A DNA stretch of 63,529 nucleotides, the filler included, from Octopus bimaculoides (Eukaryota): the NCBI RefSeq assembly GCF_001194135.2. It is 3 parts of 3 records of this genome, joined end to end, with 100 filler letters (N's around TTAATTAATTAA, not from the genome) between each part and the next. Parts side by side here need not be neighbours in the genome. Positions count along the whole stretch, not along the records: positions 1 to 30,199 come from NC_068981.1; positions 30,300 to 49,715 come from NC_068994.1; 1 more part is not named here. One strand, written 5' to 3'. The stretch's first letter is position 1. Each line of letters starts with the position of its first letter. Made by a program: the position numbers and the translations under genes. Positions 24,985 through 35,370 of the stretch are shown piece after piece. The notes beneath the pieces are model-generated. The model had not been told where the DNA came from. It saw only the letters and a program-made list of their open reading frames with translations, and ran no database searches.

Positions 24985-25810
24985 TCATCATTACTATCAG
25001 TTTTCCATGCTGGCATGGGTTTGATGCTTTAATAGGGTCTGTCAAGCCACAGTGCTGCATCAGGCCTCCATGTCAGCTTTGACATGGTTTCTGCAGTTGG
25101 ATGCTCTTCCTAACACCAATAAATTTACAGCATGTACTGTTGCTTTTATTCATGACACCAGCACTAGTGAGGTCACCAGGTAATTTGCAAGACATATTTA
25201 TAAAAGGAAAATGCTCTTGTGTGTGTCAGTGACAGTGAATATGAGAAAGGGGGAGATGATAGGTGTTGATGGTTGTAAAGTAAGATAGAGAGAAAAGCAC
25301 AGGTATGTTACTATACAAGAAATATATGGCTTCCCTGCATTATGCAAGGGTGGGTGATAGTAGCTGGAAGGGAAATAAAGATACTTGTGATGGGATGCCA
25401 GAGTGTACTGACAAGGCACAAGAAAGTGAAAACAGAGAATACAGACTGCAGATCAGGAGAGAAAGGAAGTGTGGATGGTTTCATAAGAATGTGGGAGGAG
25501 AGTGATAGATGGTTAGAGGTGGGTGTAGTGAGTGATGAAAGAGTGTAAAAGTGCAGAGGGGGGGAGTGAGGTAGACTGAGTCAGGAAGGATGAAGTGACA
25601 AGCATCAGCATAGAAGGCATGGGAAGCAGCAGTGTCCTATCTGGATAGATCAGAGGGTAGGGATAAGTGCAACAGTGGCGGGTGAGAGGATGATGAACTA
25701 TGGCAGAGATGGGTGTCAGAAGTACATAGGGGTGGCTACAGTGAGTCAGATGAGCAAGGTGGAAACAAGTACGAGAGGGAGTTGAGAATGATAGCAGATA
25801 GGAGAGTGTT
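24985..25810 (-). mobile_element. Composite: pyrimidine-rich body plus RTE-type tail
   Basis: Same architecture as 18960-20190. Confidence 0.65.
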
Positions 25811-25829
25811 AAACATCACCAAAATTCAT

Positions 25830-26520
25830 TTGAAAGTCAACTTTAATGAAATTTGAAAATGTGTAACTGGTTACTGTCTTGAAGCTCTCTATTAAATTCA
25901 GAAAATTCTTCAAAACATGACTTCCAAAAGTAAAATCTGGAGGATATAGAATATGCTTCCCACTTAGAGAAATTAATGTCTGCACAATCTACCTTTATAC
26001 ATAATGAAAGTCTGAACCAGCTATTTGCAATCACTTCTTAATAAAATATAGTGAATCCATTTCAACCAGAAATACTTGAGTTACATGGCAGGTGTTTAAA
26101 GTGATCTACACAATATTTGTATACCAAGAACAGTGAATTAATTACAACCACTGACATTCTAGTTATATGTCAGATTTTAAAATGAACATTACAGTTAGAT
26201 TATAACCTATTTGTATCACTAAACATTACCTTGATGACGAACTTCTAAATTTCTTTCATTTTAATTCCACATATGCCTATGAAATAAAGCAATATCTAAT
26301 TTCCAATTCACAAGGAATAAATAATTCCTTTCAAAAGTTAAAATACATTAATATGTCAGTTTTCTAGAAAAAGTGTATAACATGAGGTTCCATTGCTGAT
26401 TTCACATAATCAATTGCACAATACTATTTTTACATCATATTGAATGCAAACTTACATAAAAGTGCTTTGTTACAGATGTAGGGACTAAGTTTATCACAAT
26501 AGTAAAATAGCAAAACTTAA
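25830..26520 (+). pseudogene. LRR-like coding relic with many stops
   Basis: EILELHGRCLK, LQLDYNLFVSL and SFQKLKYINMS; 19/23 nt shared between 26311-26333 and 24173-24195. Confidence 0.35.
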
Positions 26521-26608
26521 AAACGTATATCTCCACCTCTCTTTCTCTTCATCACATCTTTTTGCAGATACTACTGATTCATTTTCACTCTTTCCACTAA
26601 ATGCGAGT

Positions 26609-26972
26609 GGAGGTGCAATGGCCCAGTGGTTAGGGCAGCGGACTCGCGGTCATAAGATTGCGGTTTCGATTCCCAGACCGGGCGTTATGAGTGTTTATTG
26701 AGCGAAAACACCTAAAGCTCGACGAGGCTCTGGCAGGGGATGGTGGTGAACCCTGCTGTACTCTTTGACCACAACTTTCTCTCACTCTTACTTCCTGTTT
26801 CTGTTGTGCCTGTAATTCAAAGGGTCAACCTTGTCCCCGAGAACTACGTTAAGGGTACACGTGTCTGTGGAGTACTCAGCCACTTGCACGTTAATTTCAC
26901 GAGCAGGCTGTTCCGTTGATCAGATCAACTGGAACCCTCGATGTCGTAAGCGACAGAGTGCCAACAACAACA
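26609..26972 (+). mobile_element. tRNA-derived SINE with (CAA)n tail
   Basis: Exact 13-bp TSD ACTAAATGCGAGT (26596-26608, 26973-26985); short internal deletion relative to the 16695 copy. Confidence 0.93.
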
Positions 26973-26989
26973 ACTAAATGCGAGTAGCT

Positions 26990-27760
26990 GTATACCTTCC
27001 CTACAACAAGAACCTGCTCTACCCCAACCTCTTATCTCAAACCTTAACTCCATCTAACATAAGGATGTCCACAACCTCTCCCCATGCTTTGTAGACTAGC
27101 AAGCTCAAGAGTGCCAGTGGCACAAAAATAGTACCCCATACACACTGTAGAGTGGTTGGCATTAGCAGGGCATCCGGTTGAAAAAACAATGCCAAAGCAG
27201 ACACAATGCAGTTCTTGGATTAATCATGTCCTTGTCATACCATCCCACCCATCCATGCCAGTATGGAACATAGATGTTAAGCAATGATTTTATATTTCTA
27301 TATATACAAAACTTATGCTCACCTGGTTGCTCCTTGAGTTTGCACTGGCACTATCACTACCTTTCACTTATCTCCTTCAATCATGTATCTCCTCTACAGC
27401 AAAACACCTGTGCTTATCCCTCTATCATACTTTAGCCTTTCAACACCTGGCATAAAGCCACCACCTTCACTTTCCCCTCCCAAATACCTCCTGTTAATTG
27501 TCGGAGCTTTTTCCCCTTTCCTTTTCATCTGTTCTTTTCTGTCTTGCAAGTTACATAGAAACTTCACTAGAACTGGTGAACAATAAAAACACGAAGTACG
27601 TTTTGTAAAGTGCTTGGCATTAGGAAGGGTATGTAACCATAGAAACTATGCCTAAGATGACATTGGAGCTTGGTGAAACCTTACAGCTCACTAGTTCCCT
27701 ATCAAACCATCCAACCCATGCCAGCAGGGAAAGCAGACATTAAATGATGAAGATGAAGAA
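26990..27760 (+). mobile_element. Cluster of pyrimidine-rich fragments and two RTE tail elements
   Basis: Tails at about 27110-27280 and 27600-27760, each preceded by pyrimidine-rich family sequence. Confidence 0.65.
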
Positions 27761-27864
27761 AGTTTTTGGTATATTCTTATTACTGACAAGGATTCTTTAC
27801 CTATAGATATATAAATAGTATAGAAATTAGATTTAATTTGAATCTACTTTCGCTACTATTCATA

Positions 27865-28118
27865 CAGGAGATGTGTGTAAAAGTAGGTATACAGTAAGAG
27901 TCATATCAATGTTATAATATTTAATTCATTAAAATTATTATCACATTAAATTAGTTAGCCTCATTTTTGATATTCTCAGTGTCATTAATCATAATAATAC
28001 ATTTATCATAATTATAGTAATACTTTTATTGTAACTTTTTATCTTTTTGATAAAAATAAATGAGTACTGTACATGTTTTCTTTTTTCATAACTGTATACC
28101 TACTTTTGCACTACCCTG
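27865..28118. mobile_element. Tc1/mariner-type MITE
   Basis: Imperfect TIRs CAGGAGATGTGTGTAAAAGTAGGTATACAGT / ACTGTATACCTACTTTTGCACTACCCTG, TA on both sides; related lone TIR at 54929-54956. Confidence 0.8.
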
Positions 28119-28143
28119 TATGTTTTTCCAACTAGTAAGTCCA

Positions 28144-28396
28144 CAAATCTGTACAAATTTAGATATGAAGGTCAATGAACTTGATAAATCTCAGCTAATT
28201 AATTCAAATGTCAATCTTTGAATAAATTTTTATAGAATAGAACTACATTTCTTTCTTTGATAACTACTTCTGCAATATTTTAATGACTTGTTTTTGGCAA
28301 CTTTAACTGAGAATGGTAAAATTAAATCAGTTGTGTAAGACCTGGATTTACACTGGAATGTGTCAATTTTGAGGAGTTTCAGAACAGGAAGTAAAA
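28144..28396 (+). pseudogene. LRR-like coding relic
   Basis: One frame gives CTNLDMKVNELDK..V*DLDLHWNVSIL, with several stops. Confidence 0.35.
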
Positions 28397-28404
28397 AACA
28401 TGAA

Positions 28405-28710
28405 ATCATACCAGTAGCACATAAAAAGCACCATCTGAGCATGGCCGGTGCCAGTGCTGCCTGACTGGCACCCGTGCTGGTGGCAAATAAAAAGCACCAT
28501 TCGAGCATGGCCGAAGCCAGGGCTGGTGGCATGTAAAAAGTACCCACTACATTTTTGGAGTGGTTGGTGTTAGGAAGGGCATCTAGCTGTAGAAACCTTG
28601 CCAAATCAGATTGGAGCCTGATGCAGCCTCCTGGCTTTCCAGTCCCCAGTCAAACCACCCAACAAATTCCAGCATGGAAAGCAGACGTTAAATGACGATG
28701 ATGATGATGA
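28405..28710 (+). mobile_element. RTE 3' end with three tandem units and (GAT)n
   Basis: Repeated AAAAAGCACCAT units, then the tail body. Confidence 0.85.
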
Positions 28711-29472
28711 TAGAGAGAGGACAGGAGAAAAAGTTAGAAGAAATCTCAACAAAGCTCTTACAGATTTCTTGCTGGTAAGAAAACAAATATAAGAAACATC
28801 TAGAACTACGTACAATGACAACAGAACTACTTACTAACTATTACTTGTTTATAAAAAGTTGTGAATTTCTTTCAAGAAGTGCAACAGTGGCAGGTGAGAG
28901 GATGATGAACTACTAAAAATTGATAGTTTGTTTGCCCTTCTGCAAAGTTATATATTGCAGGAACTACTTCTGTCACCAAAATCCTATACTGCACAAAACC
29001 AGACTTCAAGTAGTGTTGTTACTTGGGCATAAAAAACTGAAACTTCTGTGTGAAAAACAAAGTTTAGTCACATTCTAGAAAGAACTTCTGGTTAGAAGAT
29101 TTCCTGTTTGCACCTTGTGTTTCCTTTTTCCATTTTAACAAGTGAGTTTATATGGATTTTTTCCCCGTCAAACATGATGGCAGTTAACGCCTCAAGTAGT
29201 GAGTTAGAATTTTGTATTATTTACTAATGATATATTCATTGCTATTTATCTATTAATGGTGTAATTAGAAAATCAATGCCTATGAGTCAATATTTTGTAA
29301 GTATATAAGAAACACTCATGTGCAATCAACAAAACTATATTCAACCTATCTTGGCAGGTGAAAGTAGCATGACAAACACATGCATGTGTGTGTGTGTGTG
29401 CAAGAGAGAGAAAGAGAGTGAACACACGAATTTGTTATTGCAAACAAACATGTTCTGATCATCAAATCATCA

Positions 29473-29475
<3 letters not shown>

Positions 29476-29566
<91 letters not shown>

Positions 29567-29568
29567 TG
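29476..29568. repeat. (TG)n-(TGCG)n compound microsatellite
   Basis: Directly visible; alternating purine-pyrimidine. Confidence 0.95.
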
Positions 29569-30299
29569 TTGTCATAAAAATTTATAAACTTTGAGAGAAC
29601 ATTAATTCCTCTTTTTTTGGAGCAGTGGAGCTTGAAGCACAAAAAGTTATAAAGAATGGCAAGTAAATACTTGATTTAAAAAATCCTTTGGATAGAGAAA
29701 CAAACATACATATGTTTGGAGGTATTTTGACTGCACATTGTACACAAACTGTTCCTAGTAGTAATGTGTGCATGCGTGCATGTACTTATATGTCTGCTTG
29801 TTTCATCCAATGCACATATTTTCAATTATTTTCTGTCTTTAAGAGCAGTAAATGCTATTCATAGGAATTAGAGACAGTTTATGAAAATTTAATTCAAAGA
29901 TTGACATTTGAATTAAGTAATTAACTGATATTTATGGAGCTTACTGATGGTCAGATCTAAATCTGGATAAAATAAACTTGTGCAATTACTAGCTAGAAAA
30001 AGGAATGCACAGAGTAATTCCATTTAATTTAAGGTGAAATATTCATATCAGTAATAATATTCCAAAATCTTTATATAATAGCTCATCCAGAAAAGAGAAT
30101 GCCTACAGGAAATGCAGAAGCTAAGTCCAACATGCTCTGAGACAGATGAAAGAGGCCTGGTGGTCTTTCAAGACAGAAAGGATCATATATATATATATAN
30201 NNNNNNNNNNNNNNNNNNNNNNNNNNNNNNNNNNNNNNNNNNNTTAATTAATTAANNNNNNNNNNNNNNNNNNNNNNNNNNNNNNNNNNNNNNNNNNNN

Positions 30300-30639
30300 C
30301 CGCTGTCCTACATAGAACTCTATCTAGATACGATCTCGACGATCCGACGCGGTTTGTCCAAGTCCACGTTGGCACGTTCGGATGGTCGAGTCGGAACCTG
30401 TCAGACAAATGGAAACGTCTGAGCAGGTCTTTGAGGCACTTACATCCCCTTCTACTCCTATCCACTCCCACATAGTCTATATGCGTGTCCAAGGTAGCGT
30501 TCCAGTCCCCTACTAACAGTAAAGGTCGTGACGTTCCCAGGAAAACCTCTAGACGTCTAAGGAAATCCGCCCGACCCGTTAAGGACGGTGCATACACTGC
30601 CACCAGACGGAAAGCACACCCGTTTGTGCCATCGACAGA
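30300..30639 (-). mobile_element. APE-type endonuclease fragment of a Tx1/L1-clade LINE ORF2
   Basis: Uninterrupted FRLVAVYAP..LLLVGDWNATLD..PTWTW..SRSYLDRVL; GDWN and YLDR catalytic motifs; runs into a gap. Confidence 0.9.
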
Positions 30640-31016
30640 TCTGTACGTATATACGTGAGTATATGTATGGCTGTATGTATGCACTCATGTGTATAGATGT
30701 GTCTGTGCCTGTATTAAACGCTTTTCTTTCACACCTGTTGTATTTTGTTTTAGAATATACCCATTTCTTTCTTGTTTTCTTGTGTAACCTGCTTTGTATA
30801 TTTTTGAAAAGTGAATGAAATATCACATTCAAAAGTATTGGATATTTCTATAGTATCGAAAGTAACACAATTTAGAACTTACTGGATGTAATGAAACCCG
30901 GCTGACACCAGCTCTTTGAATAGTTGATTGGATGATAATGTAGAGTTTAAAATCTAAATTAAGAGCATGTTAGGTAAGTGTTAGGTAAACATTTTAATAA
31001 AACTAGTTTTGCAAAA

Positions 31017-31168
31017 AAATGTGCTTTTCTTTTTAAGACAACAGAATGAAATTTCACTGAGGTTTGAGGTGAACATGTAAACGCATCCCCGTTAATGCGT
31101 TTATATGTTCACTCGAATCTCTGTGAAATTTCATTCTGCTATCTTAAAGAAAAAGGAAAAGCACATTT
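31017..31168. repeat. About 150-bp near-perfect palindrome with 8-nt loop
   Basis: AAATGTGCTTTTC..GTAAACGCAT-CCCCGTTA-ATGCGTTTAT..GAAAAGCACATTT. Confidence 0.9.
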
Positions 31169-32465
31169 GAAACTATAGGTCTAGATATATAATAAGGCAG
31201 AATGGTCACGGCTAGAACGGCTATAAGCGTAAGGCAGATCAATCAGGTCTACTATTAGGTGAAAAACAACAACAGCCCGTTTCCTTTCTTTCTTTTTTTA
31301 GGTACAATTATTTCCTAGAAGGCACAAAGAATGGTTTCTAAATTATGACATAATTTGATGAGCGAGATACATTTAACGATTACTTATTTTATTATCACTA
31401 GGAAAGAGAAGACAAAGTCATCTCCGGCGAGATTTGAACTTACAATGTGATGAGCCATCAGATACTGGAAGCATTTTGTTTGGCTCATCTGATTCTGAAA
31501 TCCATCACTCTCTAAATGAAGAGGTATAATAACGGATATAATGCAGTATTTTATTCAAGAAAGTACAGACGATTCAGTTGTTGTGAACCAGAAATTTTAT
31601 CATTTCGATCTTATTGTGTCCATGGACATTTTGCCAAAATCTGAAATAGCTCAATACAAGTTACAAATGGCCAATATCAAGTTTACGAACAACTGTCACT
31701 GTAAAACTCAGGGCCCAAAAAGACGCTAAATTCAAATCTGCCCGGAGAAAATTTAAATTCTCGACTGCAAACTACCAAATTACATGCCATTATACCCATA
31801 TAATATTTTTTATGGTGACGTGCTCTATCGTTAATAATTTCATTGATAGGGTTGTGTCTTTCGCAGTTTGTTACACTAAGTCATTTCGCCTAGCCAGAAA
31901 GAAAGAACTGGTGAGCTCCGTAGACCTTCTGGACTGTTAAATTCCCAGAAAAATCCATTACTTGTCGTTTGTCGTTAATACCAATTTAATTGGGCTCAAA
32001 TTTCACATTTCGTATCTCCATCTTCAAAATTTAATGAAGCCTTTATATAAGTCAAAAAGAAATCGAACTCGTGAGTGGGGGTTGGTGAAAATAACCGAAA
32101 AGAGAGAGAGAGACAGACAGACAAAAACAAGGACGGACAGACAGACAGAGAGAGAAAGTGTGAGAGCCAGAGATGGAGAGAGAGAAAGAGATGCAAAATA
32201 CATATTGTATTTAATTTCATGTCGCTCGGATTTGAATTTCAGTCCGAACAGCATGATTGTCATCTTCTCGCTAAGGCTGTTGGGTTCACAGATTTACCCT
32301 GGATTTTTTGTTTATGAATATGTTAAAATTGATAGAGTTGCGTAGTTTCATTGAAGCGCTGTGATCAAAGTAGTTATCAAAATTATTTTTAAAAGCCAGT
32401 GGGATTCAAGTTTAAAATAACAGAATGAATATATAAATGACAATGACAAGAAGACAACTTAATCA

Positions 32466-32512
32466 TTATCTTATATTTCAATATTTCGATGTTAAAATCC
32501 CTTTATCATAAG
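32466..32512 (-). ncRNA. Decayed type I hammerhead ribozyme motif
   Basis: Minus strand TTATGATAA-AGGGATTTTAACATC-GAAA-TAT-TGAA-ATA-TA-AGATAA; the CUGAUGA core is mutated; lies downstream of the GIY-YIG relic. Confidence 0.4.
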
Positions 32513-32625
32513 AAAAAGAGGGTATCTTTAGAAAAGGAGGGTATCTTTAGAAAATGGATGGTATCTAGTATCTTTAGTACAGGTATATGGCAAGTGACGG
32601 TTGTGACATATTCGAACAGGTATTG

Positions 32626-32904
32626 TTATAATATCCAATCCGTGTTGTGAAGTTCACGTTTATTTTTAGATGATAGTTTCAGTTTATCAATGAGAAAAGC
32701 CTTCTTAATCTTCAAAATGTTAACGTTCGTTTTATGGTCTCGGTATAAACAGTGATGTTTTTGAGTGTCACGTTTATCTAGAAGTATTTGTGAGGACGTT
32801 TTCCTTAATTCTAATATGTAATTTGTGCACGGCGACTCCAATACAGGATCCACCAAGTTATTTTTGCAGATTATTTCGTACACCATAAGTCTTCGAGCAC
32901 GCAT
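32626..32904 (-). mobile_element. Penelope-like element GIY-YIG endonuclease relic
   Basis: VYEIICKN..HCLYRDH..NILKIKKAFLIDKLKLSSKNKREL resembles the PLE endonuclease C-terminus. Confidence 0.65.
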
Positions 32905-33488
32905 CTATGTTAGCGATGGTGTAGTAAATTAAAGTTTATTAATGTTCATTTGTCATTTATGATAGTTAATTTTGAGAGACTTTACGGTCCACCTTGTTGC
33001 GAATGCGCGCATGTTACAGATTCAGAAAATTTCATTTTGCATGTAAGAGACGGTAAGTATAATTTTTAGTTTGTGTCAATGTTTGTATATCTTAATTAAG
33101 CGATAGAAGGTAGGGAGTCTTGTGCTGCAGCAAATATTCGTCCAAATGTTGTTTATGATAACCTCAAACTGGCTGGACATGATATATCCGAATATCAGCT
33201 CTTAGAAATGATGCAGAATTTCTTTCGTTGTCTGAAGGTACACAAGCAGTATTTTAGATAATAGATTGTGTAAAGCAAGAAGTTAAAATCTGGAGAGGTT
33301 ATGAGATAGAGCATGGCATTTTTGTACAATATTGAATTTTAACTTTAACATTGTGCTTGTGTGGAGAGAGTAGAGTAGTTTTCCAAAACTGCAGGTAGAA
33401 AACCTTGGTGACTTAGAAGTAGAGCCGGCATCTATTTTAGATGGGAACTGCTTTTGTAAAAACCAACTGCCATGTTGGGCCTAAAGCA

Positions 33489-34593
33489 TTTATCAAAAAA
33501 ATGTTATTGTTCCATAAGAACAAATCAATTCTTGATTTTTGGAGAGTCAGTTTATATTGAATATAAAAATATATGTGCTTTGCATTTTGAAATGAGCTGC
33601 AATTAATGCTAAAGGAGTTCCTTTATTAATAAGTTCTCCTAAATGATGAAAGCTACCAATAGAAATACTAATTGTAGTTTTAATTTTCTCATTTTACTAC
33701 TAGGTAAAAAAAAAAACTGTTTTTCTAGTTTATTGCGAACATGAGGTTTTACAGCAATATTTATTTATATATTTATTTATTTATTTTTGCTGAAGAACCT
33801 TATTTTGTTAAACTGGCTTTGTGAACTTATATTTCAACATTGCTAACATATTTCACTTCACTCATCCAATTTGAAAATTGTCGATTATTTTAGTCAGGAT
33901 TTTTCGAAACATTTTATCATACATTATTACTTACTCGTAAAAAAATGCCCGTAGTTTTTTTGTTTTTTTAATTCTTAGGTTGTCAAGACATTTCACAGCT
34001 AAACAAATTATGTGGCAGCTGTTTGAACGAGCTTTGGTACACGCTACTATTTTCAGTTTGTTTAATTGTGGAAGTCACACCCTATTCTCAAGGATTTCCA
34101 TTGTATTGACAACCTAAGAATTAAAACAAAAACTACGGCCATTTTATACTATGAGTAAGTTATAATGTATGATAAAATGTTTCGAAAAATCCTGACTAAA
34201 ATAATCGACAATTTTCAAATTGGATGAGTGAAGTAAAATGTGTTAGCAATGTTGAAATATAAGTTCACAAAGCCAATTTAACAAAGTAAGGTTCTTCAGC
34301 AATAAAGAAAAATAAATAAATAAATATTGCTGTAAAACATCATCTTCGCAATAAGCTAGAAAAGCAGTTTTTCTTACCTAGTAGTAAAATAAGAAAATTA
34401 AAACTACAATTAGTATTTTTATTAGTAGCTGTCATCATTTAGGAGAACTTATTAATGAAGGAACTCCTTTATCATTAATTGTAGCTCATTTCAAAATGCA
34501 AAGCGTTTATCAAAAACGTGTTATTGTTCCAAAAGAACAAATCAATTCTTGATTTTTGGAGAGTCAGTTTACATCGCATATAAAAATGTGTGC
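33489..34593. repeat. Foldback: direct repeat, 410-bp arm, 119-bp spacer, 399-bp inverted arm, direct repeat
   Basis: Arms 33577-33986 and 34106-34504 (about 90% by eye); direct repeats 33489-33578 and 34506-34593. Confidence 0.92.
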
Positions 34594-34919
34594 GCGCGCG
34601 TATGTGTTACCTATAACGATGAAATAAAATTGTAACAGTTCTTTTTGATGTGTTGCATCATGTTATGAAAACGCTGTCGATTGGCATTGAATATAATATT
34701 ATTAAAAACTCTTTTGCTATTGTAATACGAAGAGATTCTAACGTTTGAGATATTACAGATTCTTTCAATTCTCCAAACCTTTATGATATTCAGGTAAACC
34801 AAACTTGATTCTCATAAAATGCATCTGCCACTCTTTCTGCAATGGCTAGTATTTATAAAAGAAAATATAGTTAGTTGCTCTTTGCTTAATGAAAAATAGA
34901 CGAATGATTATTGTTCTAA

Positions 34920-35370
34920 TCTATATTATAATGACTGAAGAAGTGCGGGACTGTGTCCAGTTTATTTTTTTCCCCCACGTTATCAAAAATGTCATAGTAC
35001 TTTAAAGAAATTATAAGTGAATATTAAAAACTTTTAAACTAAGAAATTTATTTGTATATTAAACAACTCATAATGCCTTAATATTACAAGATACGCAGAA
35101 CTCAGCTCTTCTTATTGGTAAATGTAATTCATTAATTCACACCAGAGCATCTATTTTCAAATTTACTCAAGTGAAGTAAATTAGCATTTTCCCTTGACAG
35201 TCTCATCTCTTTTCCAATTTCGATTATCGTCTTTTTTAAACATTTCAAGGATTATTTTACCGATTACCGAATAAACTATATCAGAGTTTTTGTTCAATTC
35301 ATGTGCATATTGTCAATTTATACTATAATTTGCCAGCAGAATACCGCCCGGAGGGCAGTTTTTCTGCTAG
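34920..35370 (+). mobile_element. Non-autonomous Helitron (451 bp)
   Basis: A|TCTATATTATAA start, CCGCCC-GGA-GGGCAG hairpin, TTTTTCTGCTAG|T end; A/T insertion site. Confidence 0.7.

Noticed and set aside
30244-30255. TTAATTAATTAA palindrome inside N runs (also 49760-49771)
   Set aside because: The same 12-mer centred in two gaps is a scaffolding or linker artefact.
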